Shown here piece after piece: positions 37,963-50,410 of a stretch of 64,000 nt of DNA; the stretch's first letter is position 1, and each line of letters begins with the position of its first letter. Below the pieces are notes generated by a model, which was given only the letters and a program-made list of their open reading frames with translations, had not been told where the DNA came from and did not search any database. This DNA is from Chiloscyllium plagiosum. Taxonomy: Eukaryota. The stretch is taken from the NCBI RefSeq assembly GCF_004010195.1, contig NC_057736.1, forward strand, positions 30,313,586 to 30,377,585, written 5' to 3'. Position numbers and translations under genes: made by a program.

Positions 37963-38275
37963 TTCTTGACAAACATGGGAGGATAATAATGGTGCCGGTG
38001 TGGAACTGCTTCACAGACATGTGGAACACACCCTACAATGGGAACCTGATTTCTTGTAATAATATATTTCTTGACAAACATGGGAGGATAAAAATGGTGC
38101 CGGTGTGGAACTGCTTCAACAACATGTGGAACACACCCTACAATGGGAACCTGGTTTCTTGTAATAATATATTTCTTGACAAACATGGGAGGATAAAAAT
38201 GGTGCAGGTGTGGAACTGCTTCACCGACATGTGGGATACATCACACGCTGGGACCCTGGTTTCTTGCAGTAATAT
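37963..38275. repeat. 105-bp tandem repeat, ~3 copies
   Basis: ttcttgacaaacatgggaggataa begins at 37963, 38068 and 38173. Confidence 0.95.
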
Positions 38276-38685
38276 ACAAAGTAAACAATGAGCTCAGACT
38301 AAGAAACTCACAACACTTAATGAAACAATGCTGAGGAAGAACAGAAAACATCCACGCAAATTGTGGAAACAAACACAAAAGAACACACCTAGACTGAACA
38401 CCAGGACATCAATCAATACACAACAACATGTCCACAAACCAACATCATCCAAAGGCAAAATATACCAGGTATTTCAAAAAGGCTGGATGGATTTATTGTG
38501 AAGGAAATAGACCTTAATTGCAGATGGGACTAACTAGGCTTTAGAATTTCAGGTTTTGAGCAATATTAAATTGGATCAATGTTGTTCTCATGTTTAAAAA
38601 CTGTCACTTGATTCCCTGGTATTTTAATCAATATTACATTTCTGTACATTGTGCCATACTGAAATGGGGATATATTATCTTTCAG

Positions 38686-39288
38686 CTATAACCATTTCTG
38701 CTGCCCCAGTGATTCTGGGAGCTGTGGGATTTACCAGTGCTGGAATAGCAGGAGGCTCCATTGCAGCAAGTATGATGTCTTCAGCAGCTATCGCCAATGG
38801 GGGAGGGGTAGCTGCTGGAAGTCTGGTGGCCATCCTTCAATCTGCCGGTAAAATCCGCTGATAAGTAATGGATAGTTCTCAGCATTTCCTCTTCAAAACT
38901 TCACTGATGAAGTCTTAGCAGTTATAACTGTACCCAATATTATTTTATTGTCTTGGATACTTCTCTCAGAGTAGACTTTACAAAAGCTAAGTGACAGTTT
39001 TGCAATAAATAATAATACTACTGATGTTTTAACCTCAGCAGTGTAAGGGTTGGCTTTATTGTGATTACAAATAAGGAAGTGAGCTATCTAACAATTTCAC
39101 TATGCATTCCGTCTTTCCTTAGAATATTATTTAGACCAGAATTGTAAGAAATGTTGAGATTAATAAATTCAGGACATGTCATGTTGATGCCCTTTGCTTT
39201 TCTGTTCTTTGCAGGGGCGGCTGGAATCTCAGTAGCTGCCAAACTTGGACTGGGAGCTGCAGGTGCTTTCATTGGCGCGCTTTTCTAA
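38686..39288 (+). CDS. IFI27: ISG12/IFI27-like gene copy 3 (exons 38686-38847, 39215-39288); first coding exon not found
   Basis: 162-nt core exon [54 protein letters not shown]; last exon [24 protein letters not shown]; canonical GT-AG; AATAAA at 39297-39302. Confidence 0.85.
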
Positions 39289-40530
39289 CATTCGAAAATA
39301 AAAATGCCTAAAGACAACGGAAAATAAATAATTTTCATTCTGAATCAGAGGAGGGAAAAGGCAACTGAAGCCTGATGCTGAAATTCAATAATAGCTCTGC
39401 ATAATCGAACATTTCACTCTGTCTGTTTCTTCATCCCAAATATGGGAAGTTTCTGTGCAGCAGTTTTGCTCAAATTGTTTGCACCAATGGCCTAGGGGTA
39501 TTAGTGCTAGACACAGGTGATGTTCTGGGTTCAAATCCACCCTGGCAGATGGGTGGAATTTCTATTCAAAAATAAAGGATTATAAAATAAAGAGCCTAAT
39601 GATAATCATGATTTTTGGTTCACTTTCGGGAAGGAAACATGCCATCCTTTTCTGATCGACATGTGATGACACGCCCACAGCAATGTGGTTGACTATTAAC
39701 TGCCCTCTGGGTAAGAGTGATGCCCACATCTTGTGAAGGAATAAAAGTGCCAGCATCCGGCTTCACACTAAAATTTATCTCATGAAACATTCATGACCTT
39801 TTCTGGATTATTACACTGCAATGGTAGTTTTTTTTTCAGAGTAATTCTTCTCTAATCTGTGTTTTAACTGATTTGAGGTACACTTGTCATAATTTGGAAA
39901 AATGGTAACTGCTTTAATCCTCAAATCCCTGGCTTACTTTGAGATCCTCATTTGAGTTTTCAGCTTTGAGCCTTAATCATACATTTATAGAATCCCTACA
40001 GTGTGGAAGCAGGCCATTCAGACCATCAAGTCAACACTGACCTTCCAAAGAGTATCCCATCCCGCCCCAGCCCCCTTCCCTATCACCTTGCATTTCCCAT
40101 GGCTAAACCACCTGGCCTGCACATCTTTGGACTGCAGGTGGAATTCTGCACAGACGGGGGGTTAATGAAACAATGCTGAGGAAGTACAGAAAACATCCAC
40201 GCAAATTGTGGAAATAAACACAAAAGAACACACCTAGACTGAACACCAGGACATCAATCAATACACGACAACATGTCCACAAACCAACATCATCCAAAGG
40301 CAAAATATACCAGGTATTTCAAAAAGGCTGGATGGATTTATTGTGAAGGAAATAGACATTAATTGCAGATGGGACTAACTAGACTTTAGAATTTCAGGTT
40401 TTGAGCAATATTAAATTGGATCAATGTTGTTCTCATGTTTAAAAACTGTCACTTGATTCCCTGGTATTTTAATCAATATTACATTTCTGTACATTGTGCC
40501 ATACTGAAATGGGGATATATTATCTTTCAG

Positions 40531-41133
40531 CTATAACCATTTCTGCTGCCCCAGTGATTCTGGGAGCTGTGGGATTTACCAGTGCTGGAATAGCAGGAGG
40601 CTCCATTGCAGCAAGTATGATGTCTTCAGCAGCTATCGCCAATGGGGGAGGAGTAGCTGCTGGAAGTCTGGTGGCCGCCCTTCAATCTGCCGGTAAAATC
40701 CGCTGATAAGTAATGGATAGTTCTCAGCATTTCCTCTTCAAAACTTCACTGATGAAGTCTTAGCAGTTATAACTGTACCCAATATTATTTTATTGTCTTG
40801 GATACTTCTCTCAGGAGTAGACTTACAAAAGCTAAGTGACAGTTTTGCAATAAATAATAATACTACTGATGTTTTAACCTCAGCAGTGTAACGGTTGGCT
40901 TTATTGTGATTACAAATAAGGAAGTGAGCTATCTAACAATTTCACTATGCATTCCATCTTTCCTTAAAATATTATTTAGACCAGAATAGTAAGAAATGTT
41001 GAGATTAATAAATTCAGGACATGTCATGTTGATGCCCTTTGCTTTTCTGTTCTTTGCAGGGGCGGCTGGAATCTCAGTAGCTGCCAAACTTGGACTGGGA
41101 GCTGCAGGTGCTTTCATTGGTGCGCTTTTCTAA
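40531..41133 (+). CDS. IFI27: ISG12/IFI27-like copy 4 (exons 40531-40692, 41060-41133); duplicate or allele of copy 3
   Basis: Same exons as copy 3 with an ATC->GCC (I->A) change near the end of the core exon; no 5' exon is included in the duplicated unit. Confidence 0.6.
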
Positions 41134-42014
41134 CATTCGAAAATAAAAATGCCTAAAGACAACGGAAAATAAATAACTTTCATTCTGAATCAGAGGAGGG
41201 AAAAGGCAACTGAAGCCTGATGCTGAAATTCAATAATAGCTCTGCATAATCTAACATTTCTCTCTGTCTGTTTCTTCATCCCAAATATGGGAAGTTTCTG
41301 TGCAGCAGTTTTGCTCAAATTGTTTGCACCAATGGCCTAGGTGTATTAGTGCTAGACACAGGTGATGTTCTGGGTTCAAATCCACCCTGGCAGACGGGTG
41401 GAATTTCTATTCAAAAATAAAGGATTATAAAATCAAGAGCCTAATGATAATCATGATTTTTGGTTCACTTTCGGGAAGGAAACATGCCATCCTTTTCTGA
41501 TCGACATGTGACGACAAGCCCACAGCAATGTGGTTGACTATTAACTGCCCTCTGGGTAATAGTGATGCCCACATCTTGTGAAGGAATAAAAGTGCCAGCA
41601 TCCGGCTTCACACTAAAATTTATCTCATGAAACATTCATGACCTTTTCTGGATTATTACACTGCAATGGTAGTTTTTTTTTCAGAGTAATTCTTCTCTAA
41701 TCTGTGTTTTAACTGATTTGAGGTACACTTGTCATAATTTGGAAAAATGGTAACTGCTTTAATCCTCAAATCCCTGGCTTACTTTGAGATCCTCATTTGA
41801 GTTTTCAGCTTTGAGCCTTAATCATACATTTATAGAATCATAGAATCCCTACAGTGTGGAAGCAGGCCATTCAGACCATCAAGTCAACACTGACCCTCCA
41901 AAGAGTATCCCATCCCGCCCCAGCCCCCTTCCCTATCCCCTTGCATTTCCCATGGCTAAACCACCTGGCCTGCACATCTTTGGACTGCAGGTGGAATTCT
42001 GCACAGACGGGGGG

Positions 42015-42071
42015 NNNNNNNNNNNNNNNNNNNNNNNNNNNNNNNNNNNNNNNNNNNNNNNNNNNNNNNNN
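42015..42071. other. Assembly gap (57 N)
   Basis: Run of n. Confidence 1.
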
Positions 42072-42684
42072 TATTTTCTCATTCCTATTCTGTATCAGAA
42101 TTTATACTTGCAGAAATAACATTAATTCATTTATATCCCACAGTCATAAAAATGTATTTCTATTTGCGCAAGGAATTGCAAATCTTAGTTCCCTCACACC
42201 TCAGGATTACGCTGTAATAATAAATCATCTGGTGTTCTGCAGCACTCTACTCCTCCAGCCTCTTTGTGACAATCCAGCCAGGTAATCTTGCTGTCAACCT
42301 GGTGGTCTGTGTTGCTTATTATTGCGCCAGTCTGAGGTTGGTGAGCTACTGATGTGGAGTGGGCAACTCCACACAACTCAATGGGAACCTGGTGTTCTAA
42401 ACAGCTCCAGCCTCCTCACACACACACAAATTAATTTCCTTCACCCCGTTCACACACAGTGGAGTTTATTCTCCGCTTGTTGAATGTTTGTACATCTAAG
42501 TTTTTGAATAATCCTTTCTGTTATTTGAACTGCCAGGCATTTACTTAAACTGGGATTATTGATTTGGAACTTGAGTGTTAAAGAATTTAAAACACAACCC
42601 AACCTCCTGACATCTTTTAATATTTACACAATTTCTCCTGGATACAAAGTAAGGGCTGGGAGTGAAATCAAGCGCATTTCTGAG

Positions 42685-42756
42685 GAAACGAAACTGAAAC
42701 TAATGTCGTAGTTTCGATTTCTCAAATCCAGCTTTCATTGAAATCTGGTATAAAAA
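42685..42756 (+). promoter_or_regulatory. Interferon-responsive promoter: tandem ISRE (42685-42701), inverted ISRE (42710-42721), TATA box (42749-42756)
   Basis: GAAACGAAACTGAAACT and AGTTTCGATTTC match the ISRE consensus GAAANNGAAACT, followed by TATAAAAA. Candidate non-coding first-exon donors at ~42893 and ~42913. Confidence 0.85.
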
Positions 42757-45700
42757 TGAAACGGGCTGAAAATTGAATTGGTAAAACTCACTGAGCATTA
42801 GGACCCAGCAGAATCCTCTAATTTGCTATATATTCCGTGGTTCAGTCACTACGAAGCTACTCCTCCTGAGTCCAGCTTGTGTTTGTCTTTCGGTAATTCC
42901 AGGATCTATCCAGGTAATAACTAAGAAATGTACTAGTGATTTCAGGCACTTTCGGTCTTCTACAGTATGTATTTTTAGAAACATTATTTTTCTGTAGATA
43001 AAATAATAGCAGAATTACACCAATATATCCATAACCCATCAATGCATTGCGTATGGTATTTTTCTTAATTGGACTTTGATCCATTGAAGTTGCCTGACCC
43101 GCGAAGATCTCCAGCTTTTGTTGTTTTCAGTATAGATTCCAGTATCTATAGTAATTTGCTCTTACCCGCATGAAGTTGAAGCTAATGGCTTTTGCTTTCC
43201 TGAGTGATACGGTGTAGCACTTACAGCTGTGTTTCTGTTGTGATGACAAAATTACTGTCAAGTCTGCTAGGTTCAAGTGAACAAAGATTTGATATTAAGC
43301 ACAAGTGTGCAAGGCAGCATAGCCACTCCAGTCTGAAAGCCTCATTCATTTCCACAATATCTAAAGCCCACACTAATTGCACAGTATCTAATCTTTCTTC
43401 CCCATTACATAGTTTCACAGCTTCAAGATTCAGTCGTCATCTGACATCCTCTTATTGAGAAATTCTGCTCTGCATGTAGCAAGCATCTTCAACCTGAGAT
43501 TACCTTATTCAATGTCAGAACTCACAGGACACCAGGTTGTAGTGTTGTTCAAGGATGAAGAAGGAGCAGCGCTGCGAAAGCTTGTGGTTTCAAATAAACC
43601 TGTTGGACTATAAACCTGGGGTCCTGTGACTTGTCACTTTGTCCACCCGAGTCCAACATGAGCACCTCCACCTCATTTAATACAACTGGTTTTTCCTTTA
43701 CGGTCCCATACACTCCCTCCTCTCTGTTCAGCCCAATCTGATACAGAGGGCACATTGCCCAAGATCCTCCAGCCACTGTTAGCTCCAGTGATCTGATTTG
43801 AGATTGATGGATTTTAGATTTCATGCAAATTTGTTCTTAACTTCTGGCCAGACTAAGGTTCTCATGATGTCATTTAAGCCTGAAGCCGTTCGTCTTTCAA
43901 ACTGCACATGCTGAAATGGTAAGGCTATTAGATTAAATTAGATTAGATTAGATTCCCTACAGTGTGGAAACAGGCCCTTCGGGCCAACAAGTCCACACCG
44001 ACCCTCTGAAGAGTAACCTACCTAGTTCCATTTTCCTCTAACTAACGCACTTAACACTACACAAGCTTTTCCACCTGTGCCCATAGAGATGGGAAACTGA
44101 TACAGATTACAGCAGCTAAGGAGAATATGACTTTATCCAAGGCTAGTTTAAATAATCTTTACTTCAATGACAAGTTTTGATTTCCTAAAGCAATCCCAGT
44201 TTGTCTTTAAATGCAAAGAGGTTGATTTCTAAAACTTCCTTTGCAACCTTTGAAAAACAGGCAGCTGAATGACAATGGCCAGTAGAGCTTTGGACACACC
44301 TGATGTGGGGTCAGCCAGTGGGAAAGGCCTATGAGGAGTATTCCATGTTGCCTGCTGATACGTCTGTCTGAACTGATCAACCATACACCGCTTTTCTCAG
44401 TGCCTACGGATGTGTACTGGAGGCATGTGACTAGCAGCCTTGGAACTCATGTAGGAACAAAGGATTCCAATATCCAAGTCTCGGCTGTCCTGCCTAATAT
44501 CTACATTTAATCTTTAAAAGTCCAAACCAAGACAAATGTGAATCTTGCAACGCTTTACCAGCAATAGGAGAGAAAAACAGTGGAACAGAAATAGACAGCA
44601 GAGACAAGAAAAGTAAGCGAAGTCAATCCGCAAAACAAACTGTGAAATACATCAGCACTGACCATAAAGGAGGCACGGCCAGTGCCTTGAAAGTCCCAAG
44701 CCTAGACTCGAATAAGGTGGAGGTGGGACAAGGTACCACCCAAGTCATCTTTATACAAGGAGAATTTGCCCCTTTTGTATCATCAACTCCATGGGAAGAA
44801 ACAATCATTTTTCATAGATGCATTGTGTTTTTAAGCACTCCCTGCAAAAAGGATTCCTGACTTGCCATCAAACAATTGGATAAACATCACAGAGCTAGTG
44901 AAAGAGCTAACCAGAACCTGTTTAAAGATTTCTCTCATAAAAGTTCACCTAGAAAGTGTCATCTCGAAAGTCTTGGTATAGTGACAGTTGCAGTTCGACA
45001 AAGACTGTGAAGCTGTTGTTGGACGATGACTTGGTGGGGTACTATCCCTGAATCCCATAAACATCATCCTGGTGGTTTCGCAATGACCTGAATCTGAACT
45101 GGACCTGCCATTAAATACAACGTCTTCACGAAAAGGCCAGAGACTGGGCATTCTGAGGCACGGAATACACATCCTGGCTCCCCACAGCCTGATCCCCCAC
45201 CTGCAAGGCACATGTCAAGAGAATGATGGAGTGTGTTCTACTTTCCTGGATGAGTGCAGATCCAACAATGCTGAAGAAGCTCAACACCATCCAGAGCAGA
45301 GAAGCCCACTTGCAAATGAATCATGTCGTCACTCTATCTACCACTGATGCACAGATTCAGCAATGTATCAACGGCAAGACCCAATTCATCAACTCACCAA
45401 GGCTACTTTAACAGTTCCATGCAAACACACAACCTCCAAACCTAGAAAGGCAAGAGCAGCAGATACATAGGAACACCATCACCTGCATGTTCCCTTACAA
45501 CCCACACACCATCCTGACTTGGAACTTTATTGCTGTTCCTTCTTGAGTCAGAATTCTGGAATTCCATTCCTCACAGCAGTATAGATGTACCTTCAGGGTT
45601 GATTAGCTCAGATGGTTGGTTGACTAGTTTGTGACTCAGTGCGATGCCAACAGCACCGATCAGTGGCTTTGGTCACCATGGAGGTCTCTCTCTCTCAACC

Positions 45701-48149
45701 TCTTACCATCTTCACCTGAGGCATGGGGACTTTACTATAAACGTCCCTATTATTACAGTGATTCAATAATCTTACCACCACCTTCTCAAGGGTGTTTAGG
45801 AAAGTGTAATAAATACGAGCCCGGCCAGCCAGTCTCACATTCTGTGAAAGAATTTTTCAAAAGTACTGATTTTTGTGAGAGTTGCTGCAACAAACTGTTT
45901 GCTCTTTCCCACACTGAAACATTTATTAGTTGCACAGCACTTTGGGATGCCTGGTGTCTATAAATGTATTGTATAAAGGTAAAAGGCTTCCTTTCGAGAT
46001 AATTGAACCAACCTCTTGAATTCATGGTAATGTGTTGAAGAAAGAACAGTCACAAAAAAAACTGAGTAGCATTTATGTGTGTCTGGGGTGATTGTGTGCG
46101 ACACTGGTGAGGGAAGATGTGATGTCTATGTTATTTACTTCTGTAATAAAGACTTCAGGATCAAGAATTTAACAAGAAACCTTTATTCAGTTTGTAGAGC
46201 GAATATCTGGAGACAATCATGCCACACACCATCCTGACTTGGAACTTTATTGCTGCTCCTTCTTGATTCAAAATTCTGGGATTCCCTTCCTCACAGCAGT
46301 ATAGATGTACCTTCAGGGTTGGTTAGCTCAGATGGTTGGATAACTAGTTTGTGACTTGCTTCCTCCTCTCTGAGATCCGGACCAAATCATCCCCAGACAC
46401 TCAAATTATACACATTCCATTGGTATGGACCTGTGGCACGAGCATCAGGAACCTGTTTGTGTTCTCTACTGCCCCTCACCATAAGCCATATAAGCATCAG
46501 TCTCTTCTCTTCAATTTGATCTTGACGATCTAATCTACTTAATGCTGAGGCACTCTTCCAAATCTTATTTCAAAACATCTGATCAATATTTTCATTTGTG
46601 TCCTGAGCAACATGATCCATATTCTTCCCTTGCTCTGGGAGTCAGTGGCTATAGTGATGGTCTGGCATAATAGGCTTATTTATATTCCTTTATACCTAAT
46701 CCTTCAACTTGCATGACCATAAGAGCTAATCCTGTTCCCTGGGCTGTAAGTCCTCCTGCGACAAGACCACCCAAGGAGGCATCTCCCAATTATAATTCTC
46801 CTCAAGAAGTCAATTATGGCTACCTTCCCCCATGGGTATCTATTACCAGCAAGTGGACAAATTACTACATTGTTAATTAGCATGGTTTCAATTCTGCACA
46901 ATGCCCACACATTGCTCTTAACAACATTGTGACTACAATCCTGGCTTCGAAGCAAATGGTGGTAAATTAGTCCATCCCCAGTATTAGTTATGACAGTCCA
47001 GTGAAGGAACTTCCTTCTTCCTGCTGCAAAACCTCCATCTTCTCAGTCCCCTATTATTGCTGTATATGAGATTAATTGCCACATCCCTGTGAGTATCCAT
47101 TGTGGTTTTTAGGAACAGAAGAGGCAGGTCAAAGTCTGGAGTGCACCAGTAATTTCAGTAACTTGATAACTTTCAGTGATAGTCTGTTCCCTATCCTGGG
47201 TTAGATGCATTGGTGAGGTTGCATTCCTGGTGATGTGGAGTGTTGGAGGCTCCCAAGGTGTACCTGTCTAGGTGGTGGTTGCAGTGATGATTTTCCAGGT
47301 TGTCATCACCCTGGAGTTCTATCTGAAACAAAATAGTCAAGAGCACAATTGGTTTCTCTCCTGTTGACAAACTGGATTCAATGCTTACACCTTCCTTTTC
47401 CTCCCATATCTAGACACCAAGTCAGGGCACAAGTCAGGAGTGTGGTGGAATACTCCCTGTATGCCCATATAAGTGAAGCTTGAACAACACTCCAGATACT
47501 TGACACCATCTAGGACAAAGCAGACCCATTGTTACCTAACCACTGTACATGCCTTTTCCTAATCCTCCCCACTCTGTCAGTTTTCAGGGTACTGCCCTCC
47601 CCTCAATCTGGCATTTCTACCTATGAGGTGAAGTTGAGATTAAAATTCCTGAAATGATTAAAGAATCCTAATAGTTTCCTGATGTCCCTTATGTTCATGG
47701 ATCAGAACAAGTTAGGGGATCACAGCATGTAATTTGTCTAATGCAGATCAATGCACTTGGCAAATGGTGCATCTCAGATACTGAACCTTCAATTTCAGAG
47801 TAGTGCTTCGTAATGCCCACCCTTAGTCTTAGTCTTAGAAAGGAGATTGCCCTGCATGGGTAGACAATGTTTTCAGAGGTACAGAGATTCACTGGTGTTA
47901 CAACCTGATTCATTGCTTGATTAATTATAATACTCTACCATGGAATGCCGTGGAACATGAGTCCTTGTGCAATATTTTCCCTCTATGGTGAAGGCAGTTT
48001 AATTGTGATTCAATGGCTGAAGGAATGGTACAGAAGACACTTGTAATGTTCTAATACCCTATGGCCAAAGCTTAGCACATTAACAATCGTGCCTGGGCTC
48101 ACCAGAATGGGATGTATCTGTGGGATTACTTTATTCAAAGCTGTATCCA

Positions 48150-48630
48150 TTAGACCATAACATATAGGAGCAGAATTAGGCCATTTGGCTTATCAAATCT
48201 ACTCCACCTTTCACCCACAGCTGTTACATTTCCCAACCCCTTTCTTCTGCCTTCTCCTCATAACTCTAGATTCCCTTTCTAATCAAGAGCCTATCTATCT
48301 CTGTCTTGAATGCACTCAATTACTTGACCTCCACAGCCCTTTGTGGCACTGAGTTCCTCAGATTAATGACCCTCTTACTGAAGAAATTCCTTCTCATTTC
48401 ATTGCTAAAAGATTGTCCCTTCAGTTTCCATCAGATACCCCCATCCTTCTAAACTCCATCGAATACAGACCCAGAGTCCTTAACTACTCTTCAAATAACA
48501 AGCTCTTCATTCCCAGAATCATTTTTGTGAACCTCCTCTGGACCTTCTCCAATGCCAGCACATCCTTCCATAGAAGCAAAGCTGCTAAGAATATTCCAAA
48601 TGTGATCTGACCAGAGCTTTATACAGCCTC
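48150..48630 (-). mobile_element. CR1 LINE 3' fragment (resumes ~50410-51490)
   Basis: Minus-strand RLYKALVRSHLEYS and CR1 tail; further RT fragments downstream of the Penelope insert. Confidence 0.75.
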
Positions 48631-50410
48631 AGGAGAAAGTGAGGACTGCAGATGCTGGAGATCAGAGCTGAAAAATGTGTTGCTGGAAAAGCGCAGCAGG
48701 TCAGGCAGGTTGGGACTGAGATAAGGTGGGGGGGAGGGGAAATGAGGAAGCTGGAGAAATCTACATTCATCTCTTGTGGTTGGAGAGTTCCTAGGCAGAA
48801 GATGAGGCGCTCTTCCTCCAGGCGTCCTGTTGTCAAGGTCTGGCGATGGAGGAGGAGAAAGTGAGGACTGCAGATGCTGGAGATCAGAGCTGAAAATGTG
48901 TTGCTGGAAAAGCGCAGCAGGTCAGGCAGCATCCAAGGTACAGGAGAATCGATGTTTCGGGCATGATTCCTGAAGAAGGGCTTATGCCCGAAACGTCGAT
49001 TCTCCTGTTCCTTGGATGCTGCCTGACCTGCTGCGCTTTTCCAGCAACACATTTACAGCTCTGGCGATGGAGGAGGCCAAGGACCTGCATGTCCTTGGTG
49101 GAGTGGGAGGGGGAGTTAAAGTGTTCAGCCACGGGGCGGTTGGGTTGGTTGGTGCGGGTGTCCCAAGGATGTTTTCGGAAACGTTCCGCAAGTAAGTGGC
49201 CTGTCTCCCAATGTAGAGGAGGCCACATCAGGTGCAGCGGATGCAGTAAATGATGTGTGTGGAGGTGCAGGTGAATTTGTGATGGATATGGAAGGATCCC
49301 TTGGGGCCTTGGAGGGAAGCGAGGGGGGAGGTATGGGCGCAAGCTTTGCATTTCTTGCGGTTGCAGGGGAAGGTGCCGGGAGTAGAGGTTGGGTTGGTGG
49401 GGGGTGTGAACCTGACGAGGGAGTCGCGGAGGGAGTGGTCTTTCCAGAACGCTGATGGGGAGGGGAGGAAAACATATCCTTGGTGGTGGGGTCTGTTTGG
49501 AGGTGGCGGAAATGACGAAGGATGATACAATGTATCTGGAGATTGGTGGGGTGGTAGGTGAGGACCAGTGGGGTTCTGTCCTGGTGGCGATTGGAGGTGC
49601 GGGGTTCAAGGGCGGAGGAGTGGGAAGTGGAGGAGATGCGGTGGAGAGCATCGTCAACCACGTCTGAGGGGAAATTGCGTTCTTTGAAGAAGGAGGCCAT
49701 CTGGGTTGTTCGGTATTGGAATTGGCCCTCCTGGGAGCAGATGCAGCGGAGGCGAAGGAATTGGGAATATGGGATGGTGTTTTTACAGGGGGCCACCCTC
49801 CCCTCTGACCTATCACCTCCATCCCCACCCCCATTCATCTATTGTACTCTTTGTTACCTTCTCCCCAGGCCCACTACCGCCCCCCCCGCCCGATTTATCT
49901 CTCTATCCTGGAGGCTCCCTGCCTCTATTCCTGATGAAGGGCTTTTGTTTGAAACGATTGTTCCACATATCCAACGAAGAGGCAGGCATAGCTGGGGCCC
50001 ATGCGGGTGCCCATGGCTACTCCTTTGGTTTGGAGGAAGTCGGAGAATTGGAAAGAGAAGTTGTTCAGAGTGAGGACCAGTTCAGTCAGTCGAAGGAGGG
50101 TGTCAGTGAAAGGGTACTGGTTGGGTCGGCGGGAAAGGAGTAGCCATGGGCACCCGCATGGGCCCCAGCTATGCCTGCCTCTTCGTTGGATATGTGGAAC
50201 AATCGTTTCAAACAAAAGCCCTTCATCAGGAATAGAGGCAGGGAGCCTCCAGGATAGAGAGATAAATCGGGCGGGGGGGGCGGTAGTGGGCCTGGGGAGA
50301 AGGTAACAAAGAGTACAATAGGTGAATGGGGGTGGGGATGGAGGTGATAGGTCAGAGGGGAGGGTGGAGTGGATAGGTGGGAAGGGAGACTGGCAGGTAG
50401 GACAGGTCAT
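48631..50410 (-). mobile_element. Rearranged Penelope element (RT/GIY-YIG fragments, repeated pLTRs, inverted duplication)
   Basis: Minus-strand QTKGVAMGTRMGPSYACLFVGYVEQ, IPYSQFLRLRCICS, PLVLTYHP, FPCNRKKCKAC, FTCTSTHIIYCIRC and VAEHFNSPSH; hammerhead cores at 48970 and 49931. Confidence 0.9.

Larger units (their letters stand above)
38317..42014 (+). repeat. 1845-bp near-identical tandem duplication (38317-40161 / 40162-42014)
   Basis: Both units begin ttaatgaaacaatgctgagg and end cagacgggggg; they differ by scattered SNPs and small indels. Confidence 0.95.

Noticed and set aside
37963-38275. CRISPR-like array
   Set aside because: The units are contiguous 105-bp repeats with no unique spacers, there are no cas genes, and the context is vertebrate.
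44080-44960. Possible Gypsy pol relic
   Set aside because: Only vague nucleotide resemblance; no motif could be read with confidence.
48884-49834. 316-aa Pro-rich ORF and overlapping ORFs
   Set aside because: Off-frame translations of GC-rich Penelope sequence.
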